Below, piece by piece: positions 61,308-64,000 of a stretch of 64,000 bases of DNA. The notes below the pieces were generated by a model. The model was given only the letters and a program-made list of their open reading frames with translations, was not told the origin of the DNA and made no database searches. Made by a program: the position numbers and the translations under genes. This DNA is from Arcobacteraceae bacterium (lineage in GTDB: Bacteria; Campylobacterota; Campylobacteria; Campylobacterales; Arcobacteraceae). The DNA is taken from the NCBI GenBank assembly GCA_048268245.1, contig JBLWVX010000010.1:9961-73960 (forward strand), in the 5' to 3' direction. Position 1 is the first letter of the stretch, and each line of letters starts with the position of its first letter.

Positions 61308-61330
61308 AGTTTTTATCTATTTTTAGTTCT

Positions 61331-61546
61331 TCATCTTCTTTTAAATATAAAGCAATGAAATCTAAAAAACTCTATTAATTCATTTTCTTTTTCTTCTAAA
61401 CTATTATCTTCATAAATAAACTCACATAAGTTTAAAAACCTAATATAGAACTCTTTTGATTCTAAAGGAAGTTCATCATTTGAGTATATTTTTGTAAAAA
61501 TTTTATCTCTTGTACAAAATTGATATTTCTTATTACTTATACTCAT
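61331..61546 (-). pseudogene. Probable internal fragment of an AraC-family regulator
   Basis: FYIRFLNLCEFIY...LEEKENELIEF resembles an AraC inter-domain region; abuts the LysE fragment; no HTH. Confidence 0.45.
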
Positions 61547-61600
61547 TTATTATACAATTATGTAATATAATTAATACATATGAAAAATAAGGACTAAAAA

Positions 61601-61969
61601 ATGAAGAAAATCATAAAAACAGTAAGTTTATTAGCTTTATTAACTTTACCTCAAATTATTAGTGCAGATAAACCTAGTTGGGCACAAAATGGAAAACCTA
61701 ATTGGGTTGGAAAAGAAGATAAAAAGTATCAAAAACAAGAGTGGAAAGAACAAAAAGATAGAGAAAAAAGACAATGGAAAGAAGAGAAAATAAAAAATAA
61801 AAAATATGGCTCTAAAAAAAGAGACTGGGAAGACAGAAAAGAGAAAGAATACAATAGAAACGATAGATATCAAAAAAATAGACCTATAAATGACCAAATT
61901 GATAAAGCTCAAGAAAAGGTAAATAAAGTTCAATCAGCTGTTGAAACTATAATAAACACTGTAAAATAA
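61601..61969 (+). CDS. Secreted, highly charged low-complexity protein
   Basis: RBS, signal peptide, KPSWA/KPNWV repeat, K/E/R-rich. Confidence 0.75.
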   Translation: MKKIIKTVSLLALLTLPQIISADKPSWAQNGKPNWVGKEDKKYQKQEWKEQKDREKRQWKEEKIKNKKYGSKKRDWEDRKEKEYNRNDRYQKNRPINDQIDKAQEKVNKVQSAVETIINTVK

Positions 61970-61974
61970 AAGGA

Positions 61975-62520
61975 TTAATAACCCTTTTTTTTACGCATTA
62001 ATTTATTACTATTTACAGCTGTTGATGGTTCACCATGAAAATCATAATACAGCTTAACATTACTAGCCCAAGAGTATGACAATTTCTGCTGTTTTAACAT
62101 CCAAAGTTTATACTCTATTTCACCATTTGCAAGAATAGTAATAGTATCTTTATACACTTTTTGCACTTTGCTTATACTCATTGAGTTGCATATAAGCAAG
62201 TATAAAGCCTGAAATCATCAAAATTATACTTGTAAACATTTTAATGTTTTTAAAATATCTGTTTTTATAAATAAATCTTAATAATAAAAACATAAATACT
62301 AAAGCTATATTTTGTCCTATTTTAATCCCTAAATTGAAACTTATTATATTTGCAAATTTATTGAAGCCTTGTTGATAATCCTAAACCATGGATTAAACCA
62401 AAAATAAAAAATAAATGATTATATCCACTTAACATATGAGTCATACCCATATAAATAAAATTACCTCAATCAATAATAATTTGCTTTTCCTGTTCACTCA
62501 TTTCATGGGCAAACAATTTT
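61975..62520 (-). pseudogene. Decayed HupE/UreJ-family membrane protein with C-terminal soluble domain
   Basis: Frame fragments LFAHEMSEQEKQIIID*, GMTHMLSGYNHL, FGLIHGLGLSTRLQ, NIISFNLGIKIGQ, then EIEYKLWM...YDFHGEP. Confidence 0.75.
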
Positions 62521-62533
62521 ATGGAAAACACAA

Positions 62534-63004
62534 TTATTTAGAGTTATCTTCTTTCCTTACACATCGAACATATGCCTTTCCTGTTCTATCATTGTCATAT
62601 GAGTATCCATCACTAAAATAAATTCTTTTTACATAAAAGTCATTTATAGGTTTCCACTCTTTACCAAAAGCAACTCTTTTATATATAATAGACCAAAAAT
62701 GACCTGAGGCACTATGTTTAAATGTTTCATTTAGTGTTGGTTTATAAACCTCATAATCTCCAATACTTAGTAATTCTTTATAAGTAGGTAATCTCCAGTT
62801 AGTATAAGAGTTTAAATTCAAATCTTTACAATATTTTATAGAATCTACTAGTGAGTATTTATTTGTTTCAACACTTTTATCATCTTGCCAATAAAGCTTT
62901 AAATCTTTATCGTAAACTATATTGTTATCTCTTATAAACTTTGATTGTTCACTAGCCCATAAACAAAGACTAATTAGTAAAAAAATAAATATTGATTTCA
63001 TCAT
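62534..63004 (-). CDS. DUF1566 (Lcl C-terminal) domain secreted protein
   Basis: LYWQ, YC..L....NWRLPTYKEL, FWS, VRCVR. Confidence 0.9.
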   Translation of the reverse strand: MMKSIFIFLLISLCLWASEQSKFIRDNNIVYDKDLKLYWQDDKSVETNKYSLVDSIKYCKDLNLNSYTNWRLPTYKELLSIGDYEVYKPTLNETFKHSASGHFWSIIYKRVAFGKEWKPINDFYVKRIYFSDGYSYDNDRTGKAYVRCVRKEDNSK

Positions 63005-63143
63005 AAATCCTTTATCTTTAATTTATACAAATTTTATCAGAGGTTTATAGCGTAATAAAAAAAGAAATATAGCAATAGCTATGAATCAAAAACAATATAT
63101 ATAAATTATGATAAAATCAAAAATATTTTTTTAATGGATAACT

Positions 63144-63518
63144 ATGAATACAGACCCACTAAACCTTATAAATAAAGAGATTGAAATTCTAATAAATGAT
63201 AAAACAAAATACAGTTTTGAACAATTAAGATATAAAGTTGAAAAAATACTAAAAGGCGTTGATTTATTTATGATTGATGGAAATATAAACTCTAAAGCTG
63301 TTGATTTATACCTAAAAAACGTCATAACGAAAAGAAACAACATTCAAAAAGAACAAGAGAAAGTAAAAATTGATAAATCAAAAGAAAGACGTTATACTTT
63401 AATCGAAGAGATTTGTAAAAAACATGACTTTACTTCCCAAGAAGAGCTAATTGAAAAAATTGATGAACTAAAGAAGAAAACTAATTTTGAGTTAAATGAG
63501 ATAAACAGCTCTTTTTAG
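63144..63518 (+). CDS. Hypothetical protein
   Basis: 124-aa ORF with GGA RBS. Confidence 0.65.
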   Translation: MNTDPLNLINKEIEILINDKTKYSFEQLRYKVEKILKGVDLFMIDGNINSKAVDLYLKNVITKRNNIQKEQEKVKIDKSKERRYTLIEEICKKHDFTSQEELIEKIDELKKKTNFELNEINSSF

Positions 63519-63542
63519 GCTCACTTCTTCAAGTTCTAGGTA

Positions 63543-63884
63543 CTACATACATTTAGAGTTTGCACTATTTAACTGTTCTATTCCCTTAGGTGTAATCATA
63601 GATACATCCCATTTTGGTGAGTAAACAAACTTAACATTACAATCGTCAACTTCATCTATACTTTTAATATTATTGATGATTTCTTTTGTAAATGAATGAG
63701 TACTATTACATCTAGAATTTATCATTGTAGTTTCTATATTTACATAAACATTTTTATCTTTAAGTTCAACATCTGTTTTATAAATAAGTCCTAAGTCATA
63801 TATACTTATAGGTAATTCAATATCCTGAATTGTCTTTAATTTTTGAATTACTTTTTTTTCTATATTATCTTTTTCTATACTCAT
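63543..63884 (-). CDS. DUF59/SufT-like metal-sulfur cluster assembly protein
   Basis: LKTIQDIELPISIYDLGLIY, conserved Cys, YSPKW. Confidence 0.85.
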   Translation of the reverse strand: MSIEKDNIEKKVIQKLKTIQDIELPISIYDLGLIYKTDVELKDKNVYVNIETTMINSRCNSTHSFTKEIINNIKSIDEVDDCNVKFVYSPKWDVSMITPKGIEQLNSANSKCM

Positions 63885-64000
63885 TTTAATACTCCTATTT
63901 TTTAAAAACAGAATAATACAAAAGTTTTATAGCATGAATATAGTCAAAAAAAATTTACCTTATTTTATTAAACTAAATTTAAATTTCTTAGTATTTATTT

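Noticed and set aside
61646..61933. Phe-rich 95-aa minus-strand ORF
   Set aside because: Antisense of the Lys/Glu-rich secreted protein gene.
1..64000. CRISPR array, rRNA, IS/transposase or prophage genes
   Set aside because: No repeat-spacer pattern, rRNA-like segment, transposase, integrase or phage structural motif recognised by eye.

Overview
Very AT-rich chromosomal window, most likely from an Arcobacteraceae member (Campylobacterota), inferred from gene content and order (aroB-mscS-mtaB-ftsH-like-bioV-mog, mutS2, dapE, carB, metX-xseB). Most of it is housekeeping and accessory metabolism. The standout is a module that occurs twice. In each copy an orphan PemK/MazF-fold toxin gene has no protein antitoxin and is followed by a convergent, near-consensus sigma70 promoter. 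That promoter would make a ~50-nt RNA with two hairpins, the first capped by an ultrastable tetraloop. Copy 1 (6646-7120) is intact and leads into a Septu-like ATPase+HNH pair, and the whole cassette sits between modB and modC. Copy 2 (52324-52500) is absent from the ORF track: its toxin is internally deleted to 37 aa but the promoter and RNA structure are retained, and a radC remnant follows. I infer a candidate RNA-antitoxin toxin-antitoxin module heading defence cassettes; this is untested. Other points are a tRNA-Glu with a non-canonical anticodon loop, a duplicated 21-aa LRR protein cut by the window edge, a degenerate two-component pair, an FRG protein, an orphan DUF4065 antitoxin-like gene and several deletion-riddled pseudogenes. 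All family calls come from recognising motifs by eye, not from database searches.
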